A stretch of DNA of 64,000 bases from a virus. Its lineage: Duplodnaviria; Caudoviricetes. Location: positions 451 through 64,450 of IMG/VR virus record IMGVR_UViG_3300033463_000114; one strand, given 5' to 3'. The notes beneath the pieces were generated by a model. That model did no database searches, was not told the DNA's origin, and worked only from the letters and a program-made list of their open reading frames with translations. The position numbers and the translations under genes were made by a program. Of this stretch, positions 26,266-37,100 are shown piece by piece. The first letter of the stretch is position 1, and each line of letters begins with the position of its first letter.

Positions 26266-27056
26266 CCACGCCGACAAAGGTGCATTGCTTCTTCGAGCAG
26301 TCGGGGACGTTCAAGAACGAGTTCCGCAAACTCGGCATACCCGCCGAGGACTACGACATCCAAAACAACTTCGGGGAGACCGACCACGTGATTGACATCT
26401 TCGCGGAAATTGAGCGGGGCTACGACGGCAAGCCGAGCGTATTTGACGAAATAGGGGTGGGGGGGGACTTGATAATGGCGTTTTTCCCGTGCATCATGTT
26501 CTGCGGGATTTCGCAGATGAACATGACGCTGGAGTGCTACAAGAAGAATCATGGGACGGTTGTAGGGGCTGGAGATTACATTCTCCGTCGTTCACGCGAA
26601 CGGCAGAGGTTCTTGGAGTTGCTGATGAAGTTTTGTTTCGTCTGCATCGACCGGGGGCTTCGCATGGTGTTCGAAAACCCGTACTCCATGAACACTTACT
26701 TGAAAAACGGATTCATAAAGCCGCCGGATGTTGTAGACACGGACAGGACAATGCGAGGCGACTTTTTCCAAAAGGCAACTGGGTACTGGTTCTTCAACTG
26801 CGAGCCGGAACGAGGAGTGTCTGTCGAAAAGACGCCGAAAGAGAAGGTAAGGCATATCCTCATGCACACATACCAGTACAAAAGGACCGGAAGAGACAAG
26901 GCGGTGGTCAGACGCGCGAAAACTGGGATTTGCGACGAGGAGCGAAGCATGATAAGCTCAGACTACGCCCGCAACTTCATCGCGGACTTCATCCTCGGTA
27001 GGCCGCTCGGCGGCAGGCCGCAGCAGCAGGACTTGTTCGCGGAGGTGCAGGCATGA
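26262..27056 (+). CDS. Divergent C5-cytosine DNA methyltransferase-like protein
   Basis: FEQSG (motif I-like), FFPC (catalytic PC), FENP (motif VI), YWF. Confidence 0.7.
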   Translation: MTTPTKVHCFFEQSGTFKNEFRKLGIPAEDYDIQNNFGETDHVIDIFAEIERGYDGKPSVFDEIGVGGDLIMAFFPCIMFCGISQMNMTLECYKKNHGTVVGAGDYILRRSRERQRFLELLMKFCFVCIDRGLRMVFENPYSMNTYLKNGFIKPPDVVDTDRTMRGDFFQKATGYWFFNCEPERGVSVEKTPKEKVRHILMHTYQYKRTGRDKAVVRRAKTGICDEERSMISSDYARNFIADFILGRPLGGRPQQQDLFAEVQA

Positions 27057-27223
27057 GCAACGCAACGCGACATTTCAAAATCTACACCCGCACGCTCGGC
27101 AACCACGAGGTCGCGGCGCAGACCAAGCGCGATGCCATCGCCCGCGTCGTCGCGCGGCTGGGGCTGGAGGAGGAGCGGTGCCAAATGGTGAATACGTGGG
27201 CAGTCGCGGAGGTGCGCAAATGA
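27053..27223 (+). CDS. Small protein (56 aa), paralog of 1282 and 10413 products
   Basis: Manual translation MSNATRHFKIYTRTLGNHEVAAQTKRDAIARV...TWAVAEVRK. Confidence 0.6.
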   Translation: MSNATRHFKIYTRTLGNHEVAAQTKRDAIARVVARLGLEEERCQMVNTWAVAEVRK

Positions 27224-27417
27224 CAACATTCATTGTCACGTTCAACTTCCCGATGTCCACGTCGTTCGGCTTGTGCCCTATGCGAATCGACGCGACTTGC
27301 GCGGAGGACGCCGTGAAAGCCTGCGTCGCGGCGTATCCCGGCTGCGATGTAATATCGGTGAAGGTTGTCAGCGATGCCAACACATACATTAGCGTAAACG
27401 CGGGAGGTGAATCATGA
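27220..27417 (+). CDS. Small protein with IDATCAEDAV motif
   Basis: GGAGG RBS, coupled. Confidence 0.55.
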   Translation: MTTFIVTFNFPMSTSFGLCPMRIDATCAEDAVKACVAAYPGCDVISVKVVSDANTYISVNAGGES

Positions 27418-27620
27418 CCGACCGCGCCACCGCACCCAAACGCCCCGCCCCGCGCGGCCCCCGCTGCGCACGCCTAGACGAGCGCGGAGAGTGCGCTTTC
27501 GCCGGAGGCCGCTGCATAGACGGCTCCATGCACGTCGCAAAGAGCGCCGCGCCGTTCTTCTGCAACTTCTTCAAGAGCAAGCCCGCAAGGCGCGGGGCAA
27601 GGAAAGGAACGAAAGAATGA
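27414..27620 (+). CDS. Small Cys-rich basic protein
   Basis: GGAGG RBS, coupled. Confidence 0.55.
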   Translation: MTDRATAPKRPAPRGPRCARLDERGECAFAGGRCIDGSMHVAKSAAPFFCNFFKSKPARRGARKGTKE

Positions 27621-29011
27621 CAGACACCGAACCGACACTGCTTCTCGGCGACTGCGCGGAGCGTATGCGCGAACTGCAAGACTGCTCCGTGGACTCCATT
27701 GTCTGCGATCCTCCGTACGGCATCGCCTTTATGGGCTCCAAGTGGGATTCGTTCGGCCAGCGGTGCGGCGACGCGACCGTGGACGAGCGCAGGCAAATAG
27801 CGGAGGACTACGCGGAGGCGCACGCCGGCGCGCCGCGCTACGGCAACTCGCGCTGCGACACCAGGAACTCGCGCCGCGTGGGACTGAACTTCCAGGCGGC
27901 GATGACTCCGATCTTCGCGGAGGCGCTGCGCGTCGCGAAGCCGGGCGCGTTCATGTGCTGCTTCGGCTCGCCGAGGACGTACCACAGGCTGACGTGCGCG
28001 ATCGAGGACGCTGGGTGGGACGTGAAGGAGTGTTGCATGTACATCCACGGGCAGGGCTTCCCTAAAGGGCTGAACATATCCAAGGCAATAGACAAACGAC
28101 TCGGCGCGGAGCGCGAGGTGGTCGGCACGGCGACGAACGGCAGCGGCGCGAACCGCGTCAAGATCGAGAACCACGGCCCCGGCGACACGGGCATCGGCAG
28201 GTGGGACGGGAGCGGCAAGGTGTACGACGTAACCGCGCCCGCGTCTGTGGAGGCGAAGGAGTGGGACGGGTGGAACACGCAGCTCAAACCGTCGTATGAG
28301 CCCATCGTCATCGCACAGAAGCCCGTCGAAAAGACAATCATCGACAACGTGCTGAAGCACGGCACGGGTGCGTTCAACGTGGACGCGTGCAGGGTGCCGA
28401 CCGGAAACGAATCAGTCTCCAACCATTCGCGTTCTGCCGAAGCCGCCGTCAGCAAGGGCATATATGGAGACAGTATCGCACAGGAGACCCATCAAACCGC
28501 AGGTCAAACTCTCGGCCGCTACCCCGCCAACCTCGTCCACGACGGCTCGCCCGAAGTCCTCGCGCTGTTCCCGAACACCGGCAAGTCAAGGGGCGGCGGC
28601 GGCGTGAAGCGCGTAGGCACGCACGTTTACGACGGAGGCTACAAGGGCAAAGAGTACGACACCGTTGGCTTCATGGACTCCGGCTCGGCGGCTCGGTTCT
28701 TCTACTGCGCGAAGCCGTCGCGGAAGGAGCGCGGCGAGGGGAATTCCCATCCGACCATAAAAGCCGTCGCCCTGATGCGCTGGCTCGTCCGCCTCGTCAC
28801 ACGCAGGGGCGGTCTTGTCCTCGACCCGTTCATGGGAAGCGGAACGACCGGCATCGCGGCATTGCAGGAGGGGATGCGATTCGTCGGGATTGAGCGCGAC
28901 GCGGACTACATGGAGATCGCGAAGCGGCGGATAGCGGATGCGGAGGCAGAAATCGAACAGGCGCGGGAGAAGGAGCGCCATGAACTTATTCAACAGGAGT
29001 TGCCATTATGA
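27617..29011 (+). CDS. N4/N6 DNA methyltransferase (beta class)
   Basis: DPPY near N-terminus, VLDPFMGSGTTG near C-terminus, HPTIK. Confidence 0.9.
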   Translation: MTDTEPTLLLGDCAERMRELQDCSVDSIVCDPPYGIAFMGSKWDSFGQRCGDATVDERRQIAEDYAEAHAGAPRYGNSRCDTRNSRRVGLNFQAAMTPIFAEALRVAKPGAFMCCFGSPRTYHRLTCAIEDAGWDVKECCMYIHGQGFPKGLNISKAIDKRLGAEREVVGTATNGSGANRVKIENHGPGDTGIGRWDGSGKVYDVTAPASVEAKEWDGWNTQLKPSYEPIVIAQKPVEKTIIDNVLKHGTGAFNVDACRVPTGNESVSNHSRSAEAAVSKGIYGDSIAQETHQTAGQTLGRYPANLVHDGSPEVLALFPNTGKSRGGGGVKRVGTHVYDGGYKGKEYDTVGFMDSGSAARFFYCAKPSRKERGEGNSHPTIKAVALMRWLVRLVTRRGGLVLDPFMGSGTTGIAALQEGMRFVGIERDADYMEIAKRRIADAEAEIEQAREKERHELIQQELPL

Positions 29012-29505
29012 ACAAGACACAGTTTATGAACATCGACACGGGCGAGAAGACATGGCTCACGCCGCCCGAAATCATCGACGCGCTCGGCCCGTTCGACCTC
29101 GACCCGTGCTGTCCGCCGACGATGCCGTGGCGCACCGCAGCGCAGATGGTGCATTGGCCGAACGACGGATTGAAGGTGGATTGGACGGGCAAGCGCGTGT
29201 GGTGCAACCCGCCATACGGACGCGACGCCGTGCCGTTCCTCCGCAAAATGGCGGAAAACAAGACGGGGGGGGGTATTTTGCTTATATTCGCGCGGACGGA
29301 CACCGCCGCGTGGCAGGACTGGATATTCCCGCACGCAAGCGGCGTTCTATTCCTTCGCGCGAGGCTGCGCTTCCACAGGCCCGACGGAACGCAAGGAGAG
29401 ACGGCTTCCGCGCCGTCTGCGCTCGTCGCGTACTCGGAGCGGGACTTCGTGCGTCTGCGCGAGAGCGGGCTTAGAGGGGCGTTTTTGCGCGTCTCACGCG
29501 ACTGA
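29008..29505 (+). CDS. Phage N6-adenine methyltransferase (phage Dam family)
   Basis: WLTP, FDLDPC, WCNPPYG, LIFARTDT, FLRARLRF. Confidence 0.85.
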   Translation: MNKTQFMNIDTGEKTWLTPPEIIDALGPFDLDPCCPPTMPWRTAAQMVHWPNDGLKVDWTGKRVWCNPPYGRDAVPFLRKMAENKTGGGILLIFARTDTAAWQDWIFPHASGVLFLRARLRFHRPDGTQGETASAPSALVAYSERDFVRLRESGLRGAFLRVSRD

Positions 29506-30741
29506 CGCGCTTGGCATGATCTTGAAGTACGCCTCGCCGTCCTTCTTCGTCGCGAGCCCGCAGTAGTTCTCCGCGCGCATCTTGTCGCTCGTGCCCACCA
29601 TCGCCGTGGTCTTCGCAGGGTCGCCATACGCCGCGACGTGGTACGTGATGAACGTGTGCCGCCCGCAGTTCTGGAACATCGGCACGCCGTTCGCCCGCGC
29701 AAGCTCGTAGATTTCCTTCTGCGTGTCGCGCGTCACCTTCGCAAGCGCGCCGATGAACCCGAACGACTTCATCCATGCAAGGGCCGTCGGGTGGATGTGG
29801 AATGCCCTTGGCTTCTTGCCCTGCTGAAATCCCTTCGCCTTCGCGATGCGGACGGTGGCGTTCTCGACGTCGATCTTCGCCGCGTCTGGGTCGCTCGCCA
29901 TGCGCACAACCTCGACTGCGCGGCAACCGCAGAAGAAGTTGACGATGGCGTAGGCGAGGAACTCCGGCCTGTCGGACTTGTGCGCCTCGAGCAGCCGGAA
30001 CAGCTTCTCCACGTCCTCCGGCTTCATGTACTCCGGCTCCTCCCACGGCTCAGGCTTGTCCGCCAGCGAGCGGATCGGGCTTTTCACGAGGTACTCCCGC
30101 TCGTCCTTGCAGCACCAGTTGAAGAACACCTTGAGGTAGAGCAGGTGCGAGTTGTAGGTCTTCGGCTTGCGCTTGCCGTAGTTCGCCTCAAGGTAGTCCG
30201 CCACGTCCTTCGCGGTGATGGACGCCAGCTTCCGCGCGCCGAACGTCTCCGCCCACTTGCCGACCTTTGCGATGGCGCTGTCTCTGTCGGCGTTCACGTC
30301 ATCCGGGTCGCGAATCCCGCTCGGCAGTTTCCTCGGGAACCCGCCGTACTTCTTCTCGATGTACTCGACGTACACCTCCTGCACGGTGCGCTCGCAGTTC
30401 GCCTTCGCGACGGCCAGCCCGCCGATGTACGCCGTGACCGCCTCGCAAAGCGTGACGTTCATTCCCGCGTTCGCGAGCGCGTCGAGCGCGCCCTTCGCGT
30501 CGATGGCCTGCATCGCGGTGAGCCGCACCGCCGCGTCGCCGCCGACTTGGTGGCGCTGGTAGAAGTCCTTCAGCGCGGCGAGGAGTTCGTCCATGTCTGC
30601 GCGCGTTATCCGCACAGGCTTACGGTCGAACGGATCCACGCCGAGATACGCCTCGAAGTCCGTGTGCGTCCTGCCGTCGCGGCCCTTGCGCTTCCGCGTC
30701 CTGATGTTTTCCTCGACCATTCTCTTGGGTAGGTATGCCAT
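29494..30741 (-). CDS. int: Tyrosine integrase
   Basis: GCRAVE (R), KAKG (K), NCGRH (HxxR equivalent), ENY (Y); start trimmed to GAGG-preceded ATG. Confidence 0.85.
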   Translation of the reverse strand: MAYLPKRMVEENIRTRKRKGRDGRTHTDFEAYLGVDPFDRKPVRITRADMDELLAALKDFYQRHQVGGDAAVRLTAMQAIDAKGALDALANAGMNVTLCEAVTAYIGGLAVAKANCERTVQEVYVEYIEKKYGGFPRKLPSGIRDPDDVNADRDSAIAKVGKWAETFGARKLASITAKDVADYLEANYGKRKPKTYNSHLLYLKVFFNWCCKDEREYLVKSPIRSLADKPEPWEEPEYMKPEDVEKLFRLLEAHKSDRPEFLAYAIVNFFCGCRAVEVVRMASDPDAAKIDVENATVRIAKAKGFQQGKKPRAFHIHPTALAWMKSFGFIGALAKVTRDTQKEIYELARANGVPMFQNCGRHTFITYHVAAYGDPAKTTAMVGTSDKMRAENYCGLATKKDGEAYFKIMPSASVA

Positions 30742-30825
30742 GTCACGCCTCTTTTCATCTTTGTGAATCGCTTGTGAAACGGAAAATCGCACCGTGCGAA
30801 AACCTTTTCAGAAGCGAACGCGGAC

Positions 30826-30854
30826 ATTGTAGCACAATGGTTTCGTGAAGTCAA
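30826..30854 (-). promoter_or_regulatory. Integrase promoter TTGACT-17-TACAAT with overlapping CATTGT-N3-ACAATG palindrome
   Basis: Near-consensus hexamers with 17-bp spacing on the - strand. Confidence 0.75.
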
Positions 30855-30859
30855 GCCGA

Positions 30860-31075
30860 AACGGGCGAGTTTATGGTAGTATACCAAAAATGGAATGATT
30901 CTGCAAATCGTAATGTTTGCGAGATATTGAAGCGGATTTTGTGCGATATGTCGCTCGTTTGAAGTTTTGGCACGTTCGCGGCATTTTCGGACGGACAGAT
31001 TTTTTTCAGTTCAAAATGATTTTTCTTGTGAAAAAATTGTGAAGCGGACGGGCTGGGCGCGGCGCGGAAGGGGCG
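30860..31075. other. Candidate attP region
   Basis: AT-rich intergenic next to integrase; GCAAA-N8-TTTGC at 30903-30920; TGAAGCGGA at 30928 and 31040. Confidence 0.4.
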
Positions 31076-31112
31076 AAAAAAATCCCCTGACGGAGCAGCC
31101 ACTCCGCCAGGG
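31076..31112 (-). terminator. Intrinsic terminator of the late operon
   Basis: CCCTGGCGGAG/CTCCGTCAGGG stem followed by U7 on - strand. Confidence 0.75.
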
Positions 31113-31164
31113 TTTCGGAGATGAATCCCCGAGTGCCTCGAAAAGACAGCGCACCTATTATACA

Positions 31165-34100
31165 TTATTTCCCGAGAATCCGCAAGACCTCCGCCTGCAA
31201 TCGCAGACGTTTCTCGTGCGCCTGCTTCACCTCGTCGTCTGTTAGCGGGACGTTCTTCTGAACCCACTCACCTCTGTCGTTCTTCTTCATCCCGTTCTCG
31301 CGGTGGCGAAGCCTGTCTATCTGGTCCACTAGTTCGTCAAGGCGCGTCCGCTGAACGGAAAGGTAAGGCATCTTTTCCTTCATCGCCTTTCTGTCCGCTC
31401 CTGCGCCGAGCTTCTTGTACCGCTTCTTCGCGGACCTATACTCCTCTATGGCGTCGAAATATCTTCCCGACGAATCAGGGTATTCCTTCACGACGGACTT
31501 CACCATCGGCATCTGGCTCAACGTCCTGTCGGACACGTCGCCGCTCAACAGCTTCTTCGCGTTGCCGACGGTGTTGACTGCGCCCATGACGTCGCGGCCA
31601 AGACCGCCTGCGAACGTCTCGACCAGAAGCGAAATGTCCTCCGGTGCGAGGTTGATGAGCCCGGGCTTCAACTTGTCGCCGCCAGTGACGTCGTTCAAGA
31701 CCTGCGCGACCTTCTTCACGATCGGCGACGTGCTGTCCTTGCCGTTGTACGCAAGAGGAGCATTGTCATCGAACGACATCTTTCTACGTCTTTCGCCCCG
31801 CCAGTTCTTGCCTGTGGCAAGCTGACCCATAGTGTCAAGCGCAGACGGAAGCAATGTTTGAGCGAGGTTGTGCCAGTCGGAGCCTGTGAATCTTTGTCCA
31901 CCGACGATCCCAGCCGCCTCGCCTTCAAGCGCCTCTGCAATCGCCATTGTCGCGTCGCCCCAGCTCGTGTCGCCGAGCGAAGCCTCCGTGATCTTTGTCG
32001 CCATGTACGGTATTACGGCGTCGAGGCCGCGCATCTTCAGTAGCTGCAATTCGGCCTTGTTGCCGAGCGGTATGCCTATCGACGTCTGCTTGTAGTAGTC
32101 AGGTGCGTTCCTCGCGTTGCGCCCGCCGTCGTTCTCCCCGTTCTCGTCGTCGTCCTTCCCGCCGACGTAATGTCTGTACATCGCGGCGAGCGATGCGGCA
32201 AGCGCTAACGTCACAGCCATCTGGATGCCGTGTTTGTCGCGCAGCGACTGGAAGTTCCGCTTCAAGCCCTGCACGTTCGCGTTGTAGTACATGTACAAGC
32301 TCCCTATGACGGGCGCGTATGCCCCGCGCCTGTTGAAGTTCGTCGTTCCCTCTCGTGCGAACCGCACCGCGTCGGCCACGCTCACGCCGCTGTCGCGCAA
32401 CGCGCTGAATATCGCGGCGCGGGTGTTCAGCTCCGCGATCTCGTTCATCGTCGAGTTGAACCTGCCGATGCTTGAGAAGAGCCGCATTGTCATCTCTGGC
32501 TTCCACGTGCCGAGCAAGCTCTGCTTGAACGACCTTGCCTCTCGTTGGTAACGGGCGAGGTTGTCCTTGAGAACCTTGCTCTCCTCCGCATATCCGTGTG
32601 CAAGCACGCCGCCCTTTATCTGTCCGCCTGCGTCGATGAACTCCTTGAACCGCGTTCCCGGCGTCAGCTTTCCGTCGACGATCCAATCCTTCACGTACTT
32701 CCTTCCGGTGAACGTGGCCGCGTGCATCTTCGCCGCTATTTTAGTTCCATCGCGGATACCGTACCTCGCGGACAATGCGCGCCACGCCTCGTTGCGGTCG
32801 TTTATCACGTTGCTGAACAGGAACGACGGCGACGCGGAGGTGTTCATCCGAGACAAATACCCGGTGAACTTCGGGATGTACGTGTACCGCAGCCAATCCG
32901 GCACCTTGGCCATGTTCGTCTCGTTTATCTCCTTCGCGATGGCAAGCCCCCTGCCGTTCGCGCCGGGGTTGAAGCGGATTACGTAGAGGCGCGACTGCTC
33001 CTCGAACTTTCCGGTCGGCTTTCCTTTCTTGTCAAGCAGCTCGACTCTCTCGGGCCGCTTGAACAGGACGAGGTTGCTCTGGTTCGACGCGAGCTGCATG
33101 TCGCCGCCAATTCTCGCCTTCGTGCCGTCTGCAAACGTGGCCGCGAACTCCGTGCCGCCGTGCTTCACGACCTCCGCCGGGACGATCTCCGCGACGCGGT
33201 ATTCCGTCCGCGTCGATTTCGTCTTCGGGTCGGTGATCTGCACGGAGTTGAGCCCCTTCGACTCCAAAAAGTCGACCCAGTTCGCTGCGACGTTGCCGGT
33301 CATGTTCTTGGCCGCGCCCTGTATGCCCTGCCCGGCCTGAACGAACGCGAACGTGAGCGGCGAGTCTGCGATGTTGTCCGCGCCGCGTCCTTTGGACGTG
33401 ATGAACTCGTTGCGCTTCATGCCGGCGGTGGATGAATTGAACCGCTCCTCCAGAGAGTTTCCGGCCGTCACGTCCGTCTTCAGCGGCACGTAGTGCTTCC
33501 ACCTGTTCGCGTAGAAGTCGTACTGGTCTTGCGAGAGGCGCCCGGATTCAAGCCTCTGCCGGAGGTCGTCCTGCACGACGTCATGGACGATTTTCTCGAT
33601 GGAAGTGAGCGCCGACAGATTATTGCGCACTTCCGACGACGCAAGGAACTTGCCCGCCCATTCCGTGCTGACGCCGGCGCCCTCCGCGTAGGTCGGCGTC
33701 CACGCGTCGCCCCTGCGCGTGGCGATGGTCCTGTTGCGCTCCTCGGCGTGCAACGCGAGAAGGTACTTGTCTACAAGCTCTTCAGATATGCCGTTGTCCG
33801 CCATGATGCGCGAAATCTTATCATATCTTTTCTGTAGGATGTGGTTGTGCTTCTGCACGTAGCCGTTCAACTTGTCCATCATCTGGTCGACGTTCACGGT
33901 CGTCTTGCTCCAGTCCGTCTTGCCCGTGACCGGGTTCTTGTGCTGCCGCCAGTCGAGGAAGCCTGTCTTCGGGTCGATAACCTCGCGCGTCGCGCCAGTG
34001 CGGTCAAGTTCTTTGCGGAGGAGGATGCGTGCGTCGTCAAGCCGTTCGCGTGCCTTCTCGCCTCTGGTCACCACGTCGTCCATGAAGTTTGCGCCCGGCG

Positions 34101-37100
34101 CCGCCGGCCCGCGCGCCATGCGGACGGAGGACTCGCCAGCCTCGGCGCCGCGCTCACCGATGAACGCCTTGCGGAGCTTGTTCCCGATTCCCTCCCCGCC
34201 CTGCGTCTCAAGCCTCCCGAGCGTCTTGCCCCCGATCATCGCCTTGTCCAAGAACTCGTTGAACTCGTCCGGCGTCATCTTGTCGATGCCGGAAAGGTCT
34301 GCGCGGTTGAAGCCCATGCGGGACAGGATTCCACGCCACGCGGTCTTGATCGCGTCCCACGCGCGGTTGTACCACTTCCGCCCCTGCAAGGTCTTGACGT
34401 ACTTCTGCATGGTCTCGGACGGGCGCTCGCGCAGCGCGGCCCATATCTCGTCGCGGAGCGCGGCCTCGTCCGCGTCGGGGTATCGGCTGCGCACCTCGTC
34501 GGCGAGCGGCGTGTCCATCGCGCCGTCTACCGCCTCGTTGATCTTGTCGAGGAGCGCGCGGTTGCCGCGTGCGGCCTCCTGCTCCGCGTAGCGCATGGTC
34601 GCGTGGCCGAACTCGTGGTTGAGGGTCTTCCAGTTCGCGCCGCGGAAGAGCTTGAGCTTGCCGGTGTCGCGGTCGAAGATGCCGAGGACTGTACCGGTGT
34701 CGCGGTCCTTCAACTCCCTGCCTCCGTTCGGGTTGTCCTTCGCGGGGTCGTAGTCCCTGTCGCCTACGTACTCGACGTCCACGCCGCGCACGGCGTTCTT
34801 GAACGCGTCGCCGAGGGCCTTGGCCTGCTCCATCTCGTACCGCTGGCGCAGCGGCTCCGCGTCGTTTGCCTTGCGGGACTTTAGCCACCGCTGGTAGTCG
34901 GCGTCGGCTGCGAACTTGGCGTCGCGGGAGGCGGAGGACTCTGGGGCCAGCTTGGATGCGCGTATTTCTTCTCCCTTTTCAAGAGAATCAAGAGCCTGCT
35001 TTATGTCTGGGTCTGATTCCGCGAGCTCCCTCAACTGGCTCAACTTGACGGTCTGCTTGATTACGCCTTTCTTCGGAACGCGCATGGCTACGGTTATGTC
35101 GTCGCCGTTGCGTTCCACAATCTGAAACTTCCTTTTGCCTGAAAGGCTCCCGCCCTTGCCCGTTGAGCCCTGCCGCGTCCCCTCCGTGCCGGTCGTGTCA
35201 TTGTCGGATTCTTTCGTGAACCCCTTGCCGTACGACTCGCCGGGCTTCAAAGTCCTCCTGTCGTGCGAGCTACCTGAAATCTCGTCTGCAACGTCCTCAA
35301 GCGTCCTTCCGTCCGCTCCGACGTCAACCGTGCCGTCCTTGGTGTCAAGCGATACGGTCTTCCCCCTGCTCCCTCTGCGCCTGTCCGAGCCGTCAAGCTG
35401 CGTGTGGAGCTTCCTCCCTTTCGCGGAACGGTTGAACTTGTCAACGTCCTCCTGCGTGACTGCATCCACTACGGGCTTTATCACTTCCAGCGCTTCGCGC
35501 AGGCGCTTCGCGGCCTCGGCCCTACCCTCGCGCTCCGCCTTCTCCAAGCCTTCGGAAATCTTGCCGTTCAGCGGCACGGCGTCCTTCGGAGACAACTTGC
35601 CGGCCTTCGCCTTCTTCACGGCGTTGTCAACCTGCACGAAGAAATGCGCCATTTCGCTGTCGGTCTTGGCTCGCGCCACCGCGTCGCGGAGGTTCTTCGC
35701 GCTCTCCGAGTCGACGCCAAGCGAGTTCTGCCACTCCGCGTCCGTCACGAGCGGGGTGAAGAACCTGGCGGAGCGGTTGTGCTTCACCTCCGGCGATTCG
35801 GCGATGCCGTTCACGATGGCGTCGGCCTCATCGGGCGTGATCGCGCCCTTGCCGGTGCGGTTGCCGATGGCGGAGGCAATCCGCTCGACGGCTCCGCGCA
35901 GCGTCTTTTTCATATTGCCGTTCTTGTCGCGGAACTGGGAGGCGGGCTGGGTCTGCTCGTCTGCGGTCGGAGTGGTGGTTGTGGTGGCTTCGGGCGTCGC
36001 CTCCTGCGTCGCGGGCGCGGCGGGCGCTGCGTCGGCCTTGGGAGCCGCGTCGGCCTTGGGCGCGGAGTCTGCCTCCGCCTGCGTGCGGAGCTTCGGGGCG
36101 GGCTTGGTTTGAATCTCAGAATCTGTCTGTGTTCCGAATCTCTCGTCCGCAACGCTACGCGTAACTTCTTCAATCGCCTTGATCACATATTCGTCTTTCG
36201 CGCCCTTGTAGTATCTCCCAGACGAAACCTTGTCAGCCAAGGTTTTCAGCGCCTTGTCGTTCAACTTTGATATTGCGTCGCGCCATGTGTTGCGCATTTT
36301 TTCAAGGAAAGAACTTCTCCCAGACGTAGTGAAAAAATGTGCATCAGACTCCATGAACGACACGATGTCTCTAATCGGCCTTTCCAGCTTTGACAAACCG
36401 TTGGACGTATTCAGCTTTGTGGCTGGACGCAATTTGCTCCCCTGCGTCGGCTTCGGCTCTTCCGCCGCGCCGCCTGTCGCGCCGCCAGCCGCCGATTCCG
36501 CGCCATGCACGGGCTCCGCGCTTTGCGGAGGCGTAACCGTGCCCTCCTCGCGCGGCGCGCTTGCAGGGGCGTTTTCCGGCGGTTCCGCGGCGGGCGGTTC
36601 AGCCTGCGATCGCACGCCGTTGGCCAAACGCTTCCGCTCCGCGAGAGTAAGCGTCTCTTTCATGCCCGCCGACGAGATGTCATCCATCGGCACGGTGCGC
36701 GTCTCGACCTTCTCCGGCGCGTAGCGGTTCGCGCCGGGCGTTCTCACCTGCACATCTGCCGTGCCGTCGGCGTTGGCTTTCAGGAACTTGACGCGCTGGC
36801 CGTCGGACGCACCTTTGAGCATCACGCTGTCGCCGCGCTTGAACGCGGGCTTGGCCTCCTCCTTCGCGCCTCCTGTCAATTTTTGACCACCCATGTCAGA
36901 TTTTGACACGGGGTTCTGCGCGACAGGATTCTTTGCGGTCTTACGCGCCGCGCCGATGTTGGGAGAGTCCTCGCGCTCCGGGAGTCCGTCCGTCACTTCC
37001 TCCCCCGTCCAATACACGGTTCCCAGTCCGCCGCCTTCGCCCTTGTTCGGGCGCATGCGCAGCTCCGGGTTCCTGATTATCGTGCCGTCTCCCTTCTTCA

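Noticed and set aside
30860-31160. tRNA 3' fragment as att core
   Set aside because: No T-arm GTTCRA motif or acceptor stem could be built on either strand
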